64,000 bases of DNA from Balanoglossus misakiensis (lineage: Eukaryota; Animalia; Hemichordata), in assembly GCA_040954595.2 (NCBI GenBank), contig CM082585.2:6907808-6971807 (forward strand), given 5' to 3'. Under the pieces are notes generated by a model. The model did not search any database and was not told where the DNA came from. It saw nothing but the letters and a program-made list of their open reading frames with translations. How positions within the stretch are numbered: the first letter of the stretch is position 1; each line of letters begins with the position of its first letter. Positions 14,381-25,758 of this stretch are shown here, in pieces. The translations under genes were made by a program, and so were the position numbers.

Positions 14381-15539
14381 AAGAAAGAATGGCTCTGTTG
14401 CCATTTGAAAAGTACCGGTTGTAACAGGGTATGTAATAATGCATGGTGATCATTGTGGGGGCAATAATTGATCTAGATAGTAAAAAGACTGGCTGACTAT
14501 ACGATGACCCCCTCAGCGAGCAGTTATCACTACGATAACCTGACATGAACTGTGTGTAAATAAAAGATTAGACAACGAAAACAATCGCTTTGTATGTCTG
14601 GTCAGAATAGGCATTCCAGACACTTTTGAATTACTGGCGCAGAGTCACAAGGAACGTTGCCAGAAGATTTCTTTAAGTTCGAGGTTGTTTGAGAATGTTG
14701 GGTGTGGTGGTGAAATAACAGAAATATCTCGTGAACTCATCATCATAAAATTTTGAAGCAGTGAGTAAATTAACGAAAAACAATAAATTTATGTAATTTT
14801 TAGGAGTCCGGCACTCAGAGGAGTAAGAAACTGTAGAACAACAAAGAAATATTGACAAATCCTGCACAGCTGTAACTGTCTCTAAGCCATCAGTATTTGT
14901 GTTTTGTGTGGAGTGAATCACTTCAGGCATGTATCCGCATCTAGGAATATGTCTCCTGAAATTAACTTTGCAAATACCAAACTACGGATTAAATTAAAGC
15001 CAGCGTTTTTTTCTCTCAATCCTTCCTTCCCCTTGAAATCAATCAAATGATCGCCGCCGGCAACTGTAACTAAGGGAAACGAATTTGTGTGAGTTTATAC
15101 TTCACAATAAAGCTTCGTCTGCTCGTATGCTGGAAAACTTACACCTGCTCCAAGCGCCTTCCTTTTTCATTTGACCGCGTACAATAAAACCCCGCAGGCC
15201 ATTCAGGTAAAAGTCAACACTATTTACCATCAGGTGTTTCCTCTATTCAAGTGTACACTGACACCGTGCGTGTATATCGATGTATCGTCATACACGCCGT
15301 AATCAGGAAGGATTGAATTTTCCTGAAGGCATGCTACAGCTTTCTATAGAAAATTTAGCATTGAGCGTATGCTTACTGCTATTGCTGAAATAGATCTTAA
15401 CGGTGTGCATCTTATGTCTCTGATCAAAATTGGCAAAAGTCCCTCTCCGAATCACATTTTGTCTAGTTTTACTTACAATTCTGAAGTTCCACCAACCCTA
15501 ATTGCATTTATAATCTTGTTTTTATTTATTTTTTGACAG

Positions 15540-15708
15540 GAACTGGAACGTTTGGAAGAGTGGTACTCGTCAGGGATAAAAAAACAAAGGACTATGTAGC
15601 TTTAAAAATCATGAACATCTCGGAAGTGATCAGGTTAAAACAAATAGAACATGTAAATAGCGAAAAGGCCATTCTCCTGCAAGTCCGTCATCCATTCATT
15701 GTTAACTT
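15540..15708 (+). CDS. PRKX: PRKX/Pka-C3-like kinase, coding exon 2 (subdomains I-IV)
   Basis: 169-nt exon translating (G)TGTFGRVVLVRDKKTKDYVALKIMNISEVIRLKQIEHVNSEKAILLQVRHPFIVNL. Contains the GxGxFG loop, ALK catalytic lysine, PKA-family LKQIEHV..EK helix C and HPFIV. GTGTFGRV and VIRLKQ are PRKX-like rather than PRKACA-like (GTGSFGRV, VVKLKQ). Donor TT|GTAAGT at 15709, phase 2. Missed by the ORF track. Confidence 0.93.
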
Positions 15709-18630
15709 GTAAGTAGAACTCTTCATTTTCTGTTTATTGTTATATAATGTTACGCAGAATGCATTTTTTGTAGAGCTTGAGTTTCACTGCAAATTTTTGA
15801 CTGTATACCTTTTGAAAAGCTTTTTACACTTAAAGACTTTCACTGCAACAGTTTGGTTTGACTGCATTCAAGGAAATGGGGTGACAAAATTAAGTTGATT
15901 GGCTCAAGAAGGTAAGTCATGCTTGTATGAGTCAGGAATAGCTTGGAGATCAAGTTCATTATTCTCAGCATTGGAAAATCAAGAACTCAGGTTGGTATAA
16001 TCGTAGTATAGACCAATGATATTGAAAGCCAAATAAAACCATAATAACATTTGTAATGTAAGTAATTTCTGGTATATTGTGTGAAGGAGTAATGCATTGT
16101 ATAGTGTACATCAGTGTTTTTGCTAAGGCTTGGAAACACTGGTAAATGACTTTGGAATCCCGGTAACGCTTCTGCTATATACTAATATGACTCCATTCAT
16201 ATACCGTGGGGAACTATGGTAACATTTACCTGGGTACCGCCCTTAACAAATACACCGTACATACATGTATATACAGTATCTAGGGCAGCTGAGTATGTAT
16301 GAGCAGACCTCAGGGCAGACACAGATTTCCTATACACAGCATTGCATAGTGTACGGTATATATCTACCAAACTGTCCTGAGGGCTACGATATCTCTGAGC
16401 TGCTTTCAGAGCAGACATACATTTCCTATGCTTACTCAGCGTAAGTTATCAAAAAGAATTTGAAGAAAAGTTTTTGGTAATGGAGTTTTATTGGGTAAGC
16501 ATTACAGAAACTTGGGGAAAGAGTAAATCTGAAGATGAATAAAAAGGAAGCGATGTAGAACTTTGGATTAATTTTCTACTTATTCTGACTATGCAGGATG
16601 ACTTCAGGATTTTCTGTGGTACCGTTATGCTAAATATGATCTTTGATGTGTTTTGTCATTTAATTTAAAACACAGAACTGTTTGCTTCACTTGAGTTGTT
16701 ACCAGCAAAGATTATTAAATTTCAAATCCCCCGGCAGTCGGCAATTAGAGCAGCTTTTGCCTTCCTAATGAGGCGCCTTCTATTTTTACTCCCCCGCAAG
16801 CTGGTGCACTCCCTCATTTGTCATGTGACCACTGCTGAGAATCATGGGATAGCTGTGTTGCGCTGTGGCTGAGATTTAGACAATTAAGACAAGTTTTTTT
16901 GGCTGCTCACTGATCTTCCCAGAGAATCTCCCCTGGAGATTTATTTGATTACTGTCTCTGTTGAAAAATACCCCAGAAGTAAAGTTTTGGAAATCGCACG
17001 GAATTTGATTGCAGACTCCATTCCATAGCCGTAACGAAATTTCTCAAATCAAATTCAGACACAGACTTAGCAAGTAACTAGCGAGTGACTCAGATTTACT
17101 GGAAGTCTTGTTTTTCTTAATTGAAACCTGAAATGCTTTGTAGAATTATGTTTGTCTTACAATCTCATGAAATATTTCAGCATTTTAGCAAGAACAGACT
17201 GCTGTTTTTTAATTTTTTTTCAAGAAGTTGTTGCTGTTTCATCAATGCATACCCAATAGATGATTTTTCGCTCATTGCAAGTTCTTGCAAAACTTGTTTA
17301 ATTCCCATAGCAATGGTTTGCTGGCCAAGTAATACAAGTCAAGCTACATATATGCAACTAGAATGAACAAATTGTGACTTTTATATATGGGCCAATTGTG
17401 TCTGTTCGTCCTCTGTCACATGATTATGTCTTCCCATATAAACTGTCCAGTCGCTTAAGATCTCGCAGGTTCTTGTGGAGTTCAGAACGTTCTATTTCCT
17501 ATTCTGAGAACATTTCTGTATTACGTTCTTGTTATAATGTAATCTCACCCATGTGTTATGACCATATAAAGCAGGATTTAAAAAACTGCACATTCATTCC
17601 AGACATAAATAACATCAGAACACAGTGACTTTTAATCCCAAAGACATCAGTGAGGATTGTAAATGGTTGGAACCCAATAACACTATGGTAAACTAGTTTA
17701 CCGAAGACACGTTTTGATGCAATGCTTTGGGGGGAATGTGCTATTGATGATGTAATTTGAGTCATCGATACAGACAAAGACTGCTGGCTGGCCAATCTGG
17801 CTGACTCGGAACACGATGGGATGTGCAGACTCATCTGCTGGTGCTATTTTAGGAACCAGGTTAATCAATTGGGCAGTTAAAGTGCTGGAGAAATGAAATT
17901 GTGTGAAATACGTATGGAATGAATATTTTCATCGGAAACAGAAAGTGCATTAAGTGTAAAATTGGCCCAAACCTTTTTGGACAAAAATGGCTAAGAAAAC
18001 TTTAATACTGATAATTACATTATTAATAGGGAATATTTTAATGAGAAAATAAAGGGACATTATTATTCATGAAAATATTGAAGACAATGGTATATTTCTA
18101 AATGGATGGTCGACCTTCTTTCAAAGGACGGTCATCAACTCAGTGGTGTAGGAGAGGTTCACATCTATTCAATTTTTTATACAACTTCGATAAATCTAAG
18201 ATGATCCGACACATCATAGCGGAATAAATCACACAAAAATGAGATTTTGGAGTGACGTCATGCTTGCTGTTGTGTTTCCACGGTGATGTTAAAGCTAATG
18301 ATGGTGAGGGTCAGACAGACACACATGTTGACAATGAGCCATAGCGATATACATTTAGTACAAGCCAGAAGACATGCATGCATGTTGATTTACTAGGACA
18401 GGAATGGGGCCAGACAGGTCCAGACAGGGCTGAGGACAGACAGATGAAACTAGCAACAATCCTGAGTGATTTCTCAGATACTGATGACTCTAATGACATG
18501 ATTAAGTCCTTGTTTCTCTTGTTAACGTGTCTTTACATCTTTCATCAGTGCCCTTCATCACCATTACCGCAGACAGTAATGATGAACAGAATGGGAGTAG
18601 TACTTTGTACTAGCTCCCACCACTTTGCTA

Positions 18631-18719
18631 TTTTGCATCCCCAGTTCCCTGTTCAGAGGTCCAACCTTACCATAGGAAACAATGGGTTTTGGACTGAACC
18701 ATGGTGGTGAAAGGGTTAA
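18631..18719. mobile_element. piggyBac-like MITE copy (opposite orientation to 21815)
   Basis: AGAGGTCCAACCTTACCATAGGAAACAATGGGTTTTGGACTGAACCATGGTGGTGAAAGGG|TTAA; left end degraded. Confidence 0.7.
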
Positions 18720-21700
18720 AGCCCCAATAGTTGCCATTTTTAAAAATTAATTTCATGATTTGCTCAGAATGGTCCATTTATATAAGCTAACTGATGGTTA
18801 TATATATCAACAAAAAATACTGCCATATCACTGCTGTACTGGCTGTTGTCTTTCTTGTTTTGGCAGAATCTGAGAGCTGCGTGTTTTGATGAATTGTTTC
18901 AGTGCCGTAAATGCTTCAAACTGATATGTACCACACCCTCTAGGTTACTTTATGTAGAGTGGTGAAGTGACACATTGCAGACAGTGTTCATAAGTCATTG
19001 GGTGAAATGTGATAGCGATGCCAAATTTCAGCAGACACAGATCTGAGATGAAAGTGTTTGCTCAGTGTCTAAGATGTGAACTTTTTCCACCTGAATCATG
19101 AAAATCTTATTGCCAAGATGGTTAATCCTGATAGGATTTGAGTTTCTCAAGTGTGGTATTTACAGTCACAAAGAATAATACACAATGTTTACTTCAAAAA
19201 TATCCAAGTTCAAGGTAATGATCAAGTATAAGATATCCGCCTTGACTTTAGTTGATGTAAACATGATTATGTTGCAGGCTTAACTCTTTTGAGAAACTTG
19301 CAGGTAAACCTTTTAATAATGTATACTTGGCTGTTTCCCAGACATGTTGCTGTTTATGCTTGTGCTATAAAACTGCTTGTTATCTTGTCACACTCTGGGT
19401 GTGTTAAGGTAGGAGGGGTGGATGCTTATGATTTTTTTTCTTCAGAGACCCAGAAGAGATTTTCTGTGGATGAGGAGAGAAGGAGAAAATAATAGACTTG
19501 TGCTTTTGACTGTAGAGTTGTTATGTTTGTGTGCTATTAAACTCGAGTTCAGTCTGTGGGTGTTGTGTGGGGGTGTATATATATAGATGCCCAGTGTGCT
19601 TCATGATTGAAATTCTAATGGCTGATGGATTTCGTTTCGTGCAGCGGGTCAAAAAGTCATCGAAATTGAAGGGTCAGCAGAAGTACATCGGTTTCCAAGG
19701 CAACAAGAATTGCTTCGTAGAAACCAAAACCTGTCAACGGTAAAGATACCTGGATCTGGATATACTCTGATGTACGTGTCTGGGTCACAGGTCGGACGAA
19801 AAGGTCAATCGTTTGGGGGGAAACGAGCTCACCTTTCACATTGTAGAGTTTTTCACGGAGTCATGTTAAAATTTATCAATGTTGCGTGTTATCTAATAAG
19901 GGGAGACATGCACTGTTGAAATGCAGTGACATTTAAAGGGAAAGTGTCTCATCAGTCTTTAAAGGGACAATTTACTTTCCAATTCACTTCTGACATCATT
20001 TGGGTTTGTATTTTTGTCTGTCAAATTCCTTCACCATGCTCTGCTAGAAAACCCAGGATAGATTCTAGGCCTCCAAGCACACAGGGACAGAGGGATGAGA
20101 GAATTAATAGGCTTAAACATCTCATTTGTTATCTATTGTTTTACTAACTCAGTGAGTTCCACCCCCTTTGTTTAATAAACATGACTAAAGCTCCCCTGTA
20201 GAGAGGTGCCTGGTCATTGCCCTCCGCAGCAGTTAGGACCCAGTGATCGGCTGCGGAAACGTTCCAGGGGGAGGCACGGCTGTAACTGGGAAAGCTACTG
20301 GGATGCGCTACAAACTTTATGTTCAGCATGTAGGACACCGGCTATTAAGGTTACAGCTAGCAGTTTAGGAGAGTTGTAAAGATTAACCATCGGAACTTCC
20401 CTAGTATTAAATGGAAAAATCTAATGTTATAGATTAGGTTGAGTTAATTGAATTATACTATTGAGGGTCTACATGTTATTGGTAATGTTTATGATCAGAT
20501 CATGGCATCAAATTTTTATTCAAGTTATGAAAAGTTGAATTTTTTTCAGACAGTTTATTGTGTATCATAAATCATTAGTACAGAATGGTATCATATGTCC
20601 ACTATGTAAATTGTGAAAAAAATCGGAATTCATAGCAGTAAGTATTAAAACACCAGCACATGTAAACATAGTGTAAAAATATTTGTAATTTATTTTTTGT
20701 ATTTTTTATACTTTCCTGAAACAGAAACTATGTTTTGTCTGGGAGTTTTCTACTGGTGTAGTGGTGGGAAATAGACACTGACACTGACACCCCCGTCTAA
20801 GAACTTCTGGCCAACCCCTTAAAAAGAAATACCGCTAAGTTAATGGGGAAGAGACTGAATCTGTTCTGTTTTGAATAGTTGTCATGTTTACCATGTTTAT
20901 CGCGTAGTAGTACGCTCGTAAAGTATGTATCCTATGCTCAGTGTTTATCACACAAGACGTGTGAACAAATTCCTTGCTGTGACTTCGGTCAAGAAGGCTA
21001 TAGGAAACTTTGAATGCTGAGATTCTCATTATGCATTGACTGCGGGGTGGCAGCTCAGCAGTACTGCGGAATTAACCATTGAAATTTCATACCCACATTC
21101 ACAGCGTGAAATCGTGAATGACATGAATGAAGAAAAAAAACACAGGTTGGTGTAGTAGAATCCATTGGAATTCCAAGGACAGTTAATGTAGTTTGATAGT
21201 TGCTTTGGCTTGACTCGTTGAAGGGGTTGTACTGATTTTTTCATCAGTACCAACAAGTTTCCCTCATCTTTTAGTGTGATGACATGTTTATGTGAGTCAA
21301 TGAATTCGAGTAACACTTAGTAACAGAGAGACCTAAAAAGTGATAGAAACTGGAAAATGTGTAAAAAAGTGCAAATTATGCATTATTGTTGTTACATTAG
21401 ATGTGTCACTCAGTGCATGCTGTTGTATACCATTAACATTCGAAGTTTCTTATGGTTGACTTGGTATCTATAAGTGACATTAACTGTACACTGGCAGGGG
21501 ACAGGTCCGCCTTTGACGAGAGACTGTTCTAAGGCCTTTTGCACTATTGGAATGTAGGTCACACCAAACGCAGGCACCACTAGCTCTTTGGTGCAGGACG
21601 ACCAAGATGCCATGTACATACATGGAGATGATTTCTGCGCATATGCTGAACTTTTAGAGAGTTTATCTACAACTAAAACCAAGCACCAGGCCACGTGGTG

Positions 21701-21814
21701 CTTGGTCTTAATCTGTTGTCTTTTTTGATATTTTTTCCACAGAGCTGAATGGTATGATAAGTATGACTTCAGGTTTTGTCTACATACATAAACCCAAGCA
21801 TGGGTGTTCAGATA

Positions 21815-21907
21815 TTAACCCTTTCACCACCATGGTTCAGTCCAAACTCATTGTTTTCTATGGTAAGATTGGACCTCTAAAGGGGGAACTTGGGATGATA
21901 GGATTAA
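21815..21907. mobile_element. ~90-bp piggyBac-like MITE (TTAA-flanked), near full length
   Basis: TTAA|CCCTTTCACCACC ... GGGATGATAGGA|TTAA; reverse-complement match to copies at 18631-18719 and 29704-29768. Confidence 0.7.
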
Positions 21908-22821
21908 GGAATTGGCTTAGAGATTACACTACTAATCTAAGTAGTGTCATGTATCTGAAACAAGTGTTTGTGAGAATCATGGTTATATGCAGCAAATGTG
22001 CCTTTTATTAATCAAGATATCCAATCTTTCCACAGTCAGTCTTGTAAGCTTTTATTTTTTAAGCGGAGAATGAGTCACACACATGCCATTGCACAACTTT
22101 CAGGATGGCTGATTTTCATTCGTCTTTAAATTCACTCAATTCATTGCACTTTTGCATTTCGAGTTGAGTCTTTTGGGAATGTTGTGGACCAGTACGAAGG
22201 AATGAATTTGGCGTTAACCTTATGTGGAACTGGATGCCAACTGAGACAGTTTCGCAGATTTGAATAATACAGGAAACATGAAACATTCCTAAATGCGCAA
22301 GACTCATTCTTCCATCAGTTCACCAGTGTCTCAAGAGGTTTTTTGACAGCAAAGGTCACTGTGTACATATACCATGTATAACCTTTTCTCAGTAATCAGT
22401 CGATTCAGGAAAGTTCACAAGTAGTGCCCTGGGCACTTACATTTACTGTTTCCTCTCCAAGAAGTCTGTTATGTGTTATACTGCCCTCTTGGAACTATTG
22501 TCTGAACTTACTTTGTTTTTTCTTTGTCTTATTTTTTTTTGATCAAAAAACATCAACCTTGCAGTGATAGTAATGAACAGACCTGGACATTTCATCATGT
22601 TAGGAAAGCTTATTAGGTCGTAATATCATCATATTACTGAATTTAAGTAAACTGGAAAATTATATAGTCACATTCGGACACTAGTGTTTCAATAGACAGC
22701 CATATACCAGTAACATAATTGTAACTGCGAAATATGTGTAAGCTTGGATATGGAAGAATCTAGAAGGACTATTGTTCAATTTTTAAATAACACCACAAAT
22801 ACAACAGTTTGATTTCACAAC

Positions 22822-22827
22822 TTTATT
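22822..22827 (-). terminator. Candidate distal polyadenylation signal of the GPCR
   Basis: AATAAA on the minus strand followed about 15-30 nt later by a GT-rich element (TGTTGTATTTGTGGTGTT); implies a 3' UTR of about 1.75 kb. A proximal AATAAA lies at 24456-24461. Confidence 0.4.
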
Positions 22828-24563
22828 TCAACAAAACTTGCACAAAAAATATGCAAACAATAAGCTGATGCCGAAATAGCTTTCTTCGTGGATAGAAATA
22901 AATCTTGAATACTGTATGCACATTCTTATTTCACTTTGAAGTGAGAAGAGCAGGCTTGTCTCGTTGAAATTTCTTCAAGAAGCAATTTTGCAGTGAGGCT
23001 AGCGCTTGGATATTGATTGTAAACATTTCAGCAACAAAAAGTTGATGATAGCTGATTAATAACTACTGTTTACATCTATGCTTTGCGTTTAACATAAGCC
23101 TTCACAATATCACAAAAAAGCAAATTTGTGATGTTTGCAATCCCCTGAAAAGATTTCACAGACGTCCATGACTATCAATGTGACCTCTAGAGGGCGCAGT
23201 CAGTCACCCTGCATTGGCAGTTTAGAGTACTAGTAATAGTGTCTATCCACAATAATAAAACATATATGTTAGTTATCTATGATACAGTGAAATGAGAAAA
23301 TTTTGCTTGTTTTGAACTGAATCTGTAAATGACATTACATTTGTCACTGATGAATTTTATTTCCACTATTCTTCTACATCTATTGAAAAAGCAAATACTC
23401 TATGAGAGCAGAACAGTGTGATTTCCACGAGGAATTTTCCTGTTGATGATGACTCGAACATTTTAAAAGAAGCGTGATTCTGAAAAAATACAGACTGATA
23501 GCAATATCTGCAGCCTTAGGATGCACAAAGTAGGACCAACAACAAAATATAACTACAGATTTTTTTGAAAAGTTGATTAACTATGTTGTGAAACAAACAA
23601 ACAAAATTATCAGTTACTCATGACTAGACTAAATAATTCCAGAGGCACGAGGGAAAGTACCATGAAGTAGCTCATTTGATTTATCAGTGAAACGTGTAAA
23701 GATTCGCTCTGTTTTTAATATTCAACAGTCATAGAGAATACTATGTGTCACGGTGCAGTCTGTTTCTTGTGCAAGTCATCATGAATCAAGTGTAGCACAG
23801 TAAAAGAAATCAGTGAGCTTAACAAAAATAAATTATTCCCTTCTAAGGTCATTTCAGTGAACAAACATCTGGCCGTAATAAAAATGGTATTCAACTCAGG
23901 TTGGTGTGCAGTTATGTAGAGTTCACAGGCTATCAGGAATTAAGTCATGAGAATCTTCAGCCACTCGTGGAAAGCCCACTTGAAAGTCTGGGAAAAAAGC
24001 AAAATTCATGTCTGGAAATTCCAGAAACTTGATTCAGATACGCACGCTGCCATATGCCCTCGCTGCTGCATGTCATGAAACGCTTAGTTATTGTAGAAAA
24101 TAATTGGCACAATCACAGCGCAATCACTCCTTGAAACTTGTCATTTTTTGACCTCAAATTTCCCCCAAGCAAAAGCCCAGGGTGGGTGAAACTCCTGCAC
24201 GAAATGTGCTTGATGAGTGTAAATTGGTTTATGAGAGACAGTTGTCAAATGTCGAGATATCAACGGACTGTGCTTTGTGGACAAACGTTGCGTGAAAATC
24301 AGAATTTGTGCGATGGGAGAAAGCTTTTTTGCGATACATACATGTCATATTGTCTGAAAATTCTGAAAGTCTGAACATCAATTTCATTTTGTGTATCATA
24401 AGTATTATAATCTATTGGCATCTAAAAAATTATCTTCATCATGTGTCTTTAAATTTTTATTATCACATATTTATCTAATAATGCTACTCGCTTTCCGTCT
24501 GGAGCATAAAATGTTATCTTCATATATTTATATGTTCATATAGAGATATATTATATGTTCTTA

Positions 24564-25625
24564 TTATACTTTGTCTATTGATGATGACTCGTTTTTGTGT
24601 TCGCGCGATTTACAGTTACACAGTCTGCTGTTCACGAACATGGCCTTGTAGCCTTCCCTGAAGTTACGGTTGAGGGCACCGTACAGGATGGGGTTGACCG
24701 AGCTGTTGAGACAGGCGATGATGGCCGCCCAGGTGTGGACCACATCGGGGACGTCGATGACGTAGTCCAGGAAGTTGGACACCATGTACGGCAGCCACAT
24801 GAGCACGAAGGCGAGAAAGACCACGAAGCGCGTCATGTGGTGGTGGCGGGACCGGTACATGCCCGACGCTTCGGTGTTCGTGCTGGCCAGGCTCTCGCGC
24901 CGCTGGGTCTTGATCGCCTTGTGGCTCATGCGCACCGTCTGGAAAATCTTGTAGTAGCAGTAGGCGCACACCGTCGACGGCATCACAAAGACTGCCAAGA
25001 ATAAGAAGATAGAGTATCCCAGATCCTGCACGCGACTCACTTGGCACGAGTAAATCCGATAGTCGTAGACGATTTTGCTCCAGCCGAAGTTTGGCGGCAG
25101 GTTTATGACGAAGGAGATAATCCACAGTATAAAGATCATCCAGTAGACGTTCTGCCTGCGGTACAAGCGGGGATAAACGTTGCTTCCAGTGATGCAGTGA
25201 TAGCGATTCAGACTTATGATCATCAGGTGGAGAAGTGAGGAGACGGCGGAAGTTCCCAAAAGCGTGCCGGAAATGTTGCACATGATTTTCCCGAAACGCC
25301 AGGAATCATGGAGAAGGGAATCGATGCTGACAATAATGATGAACCCGAAGAGGATGTCCGCCGACGACAGACTGGCGATGAAGACGTTGCCGACCGTCCG
25401 CAGCCTCGGCTGCGTCGCTATGACGATGATCACCAGGGCATTGCCGAAGACGGAGGTGAAGAAGATGAGGATCATGACGATCAACTCGGCGATCACTCCG
25501 CCCTGGGATCGGTCGTTCTGCCGGTCGCACTCGGAATCGTTCGCGGCCGCGGCAACAACAGAAGCGTTGCTCAGATTCTCGACGATGTCCTCAATAATAG
25601 TGTAGCTATCACTTCGGTTCACCAT
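24564..25625 (-). CDS. Intronless melatonin-receptor-like class A (rhodopsin-family) GPCR, 353 aa, nested antisense in PRKX intron 2
   Basis: Complete ORF with seven hydrophobic segments: GN in TM1, GNVFIASLSSAD in TM2, TM3 Cys plus NRY (melatonin-receptor variant of DRY), ECL2 YDYRIYSC (cf. MT1/MT2 YDPRIYSC), WLP in TM6, NSSVNPILYGALNRNFR in TM7/H8. Four N-terminal N-glycosylation sequons (NRS, NLS, NAS, NDS). Double stop TAA TAA. Confidence 0.93.
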   Translation of the reverse strand: MVNRSDSYTIIEDIVENLSNASVVAAAANDSECDRQNDRSQGGVIAELIVMILIFFTSVFGNALVIIVIATQPRLRTVGNVFIASLSSADILFGFIIIVSIDSLLHDSWRFGKIMCNISGTLLGTSAVSSLLHLMIISLNRYHCITGSNVYPRLYRRQNVYWMIFILWIISFVINLPPNFGWSKIVYDYRIYSCQVSRVQDLGYSIFLFLAVFVMPSTVCAYCYYKIFQTVRMSHKAIKTQRRESLASTNTEASGMYRSRHHHMTRFVVFLAFVLMWLPYMVSNFLDYVIDVPDVVHTWAAIIACLNSSVNPILYGALNRNFREGYKAMFVNSRLCNCKSREHKNESSSIDKV

Positions 25626-25750
25626 CTTGAAGTGGATTTTTTCCCCCGTCGCGGGCTGTAGCTTTATAATTCACAAATGTAGAACAGAATACAGCGTATC
25701 TCACCAGGGAGAAAATAGAGAGCAGTCAGAAGTTTTGACTACGAAGGCTC

Positions 25751-25758
25751 CTTTTATA
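25751..25758 (-). promoter_or_regulatory. TATA box (TATAAAAG) of the nested GPCR
   Basis: Consensus TATAAAAG on the minus strand about 130 nt upstream of the ATG at 25625; X-box-like motif at 25804-25817 further upstream. Confidence 0.55.

Larger units (their letters stand above)
1924..15539 (+). other. PRKX: Intron 1 of PRKX-like gene (13.6 kb, GT-AG)
   Basis: GTAAGT donor at 1924; long T-rich tract plus GACAG acceptor ending 15539; phases compatible. Confidence 0.85.

Noticed and set aside
18253-18260. Perfect CRE sites TGACGTCA (also 63305-63312) suggesting cAMP feedback
   Set aside because: Two 8-mers in 64 kb is near chance expectation.
24597-25661. Several 65-205 aa ORFs overlapping the GPCR on both strands
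   Set aside because: Shadow ORFs caused by the high GC3 of the real GPCR frame; no recognisable protein features.
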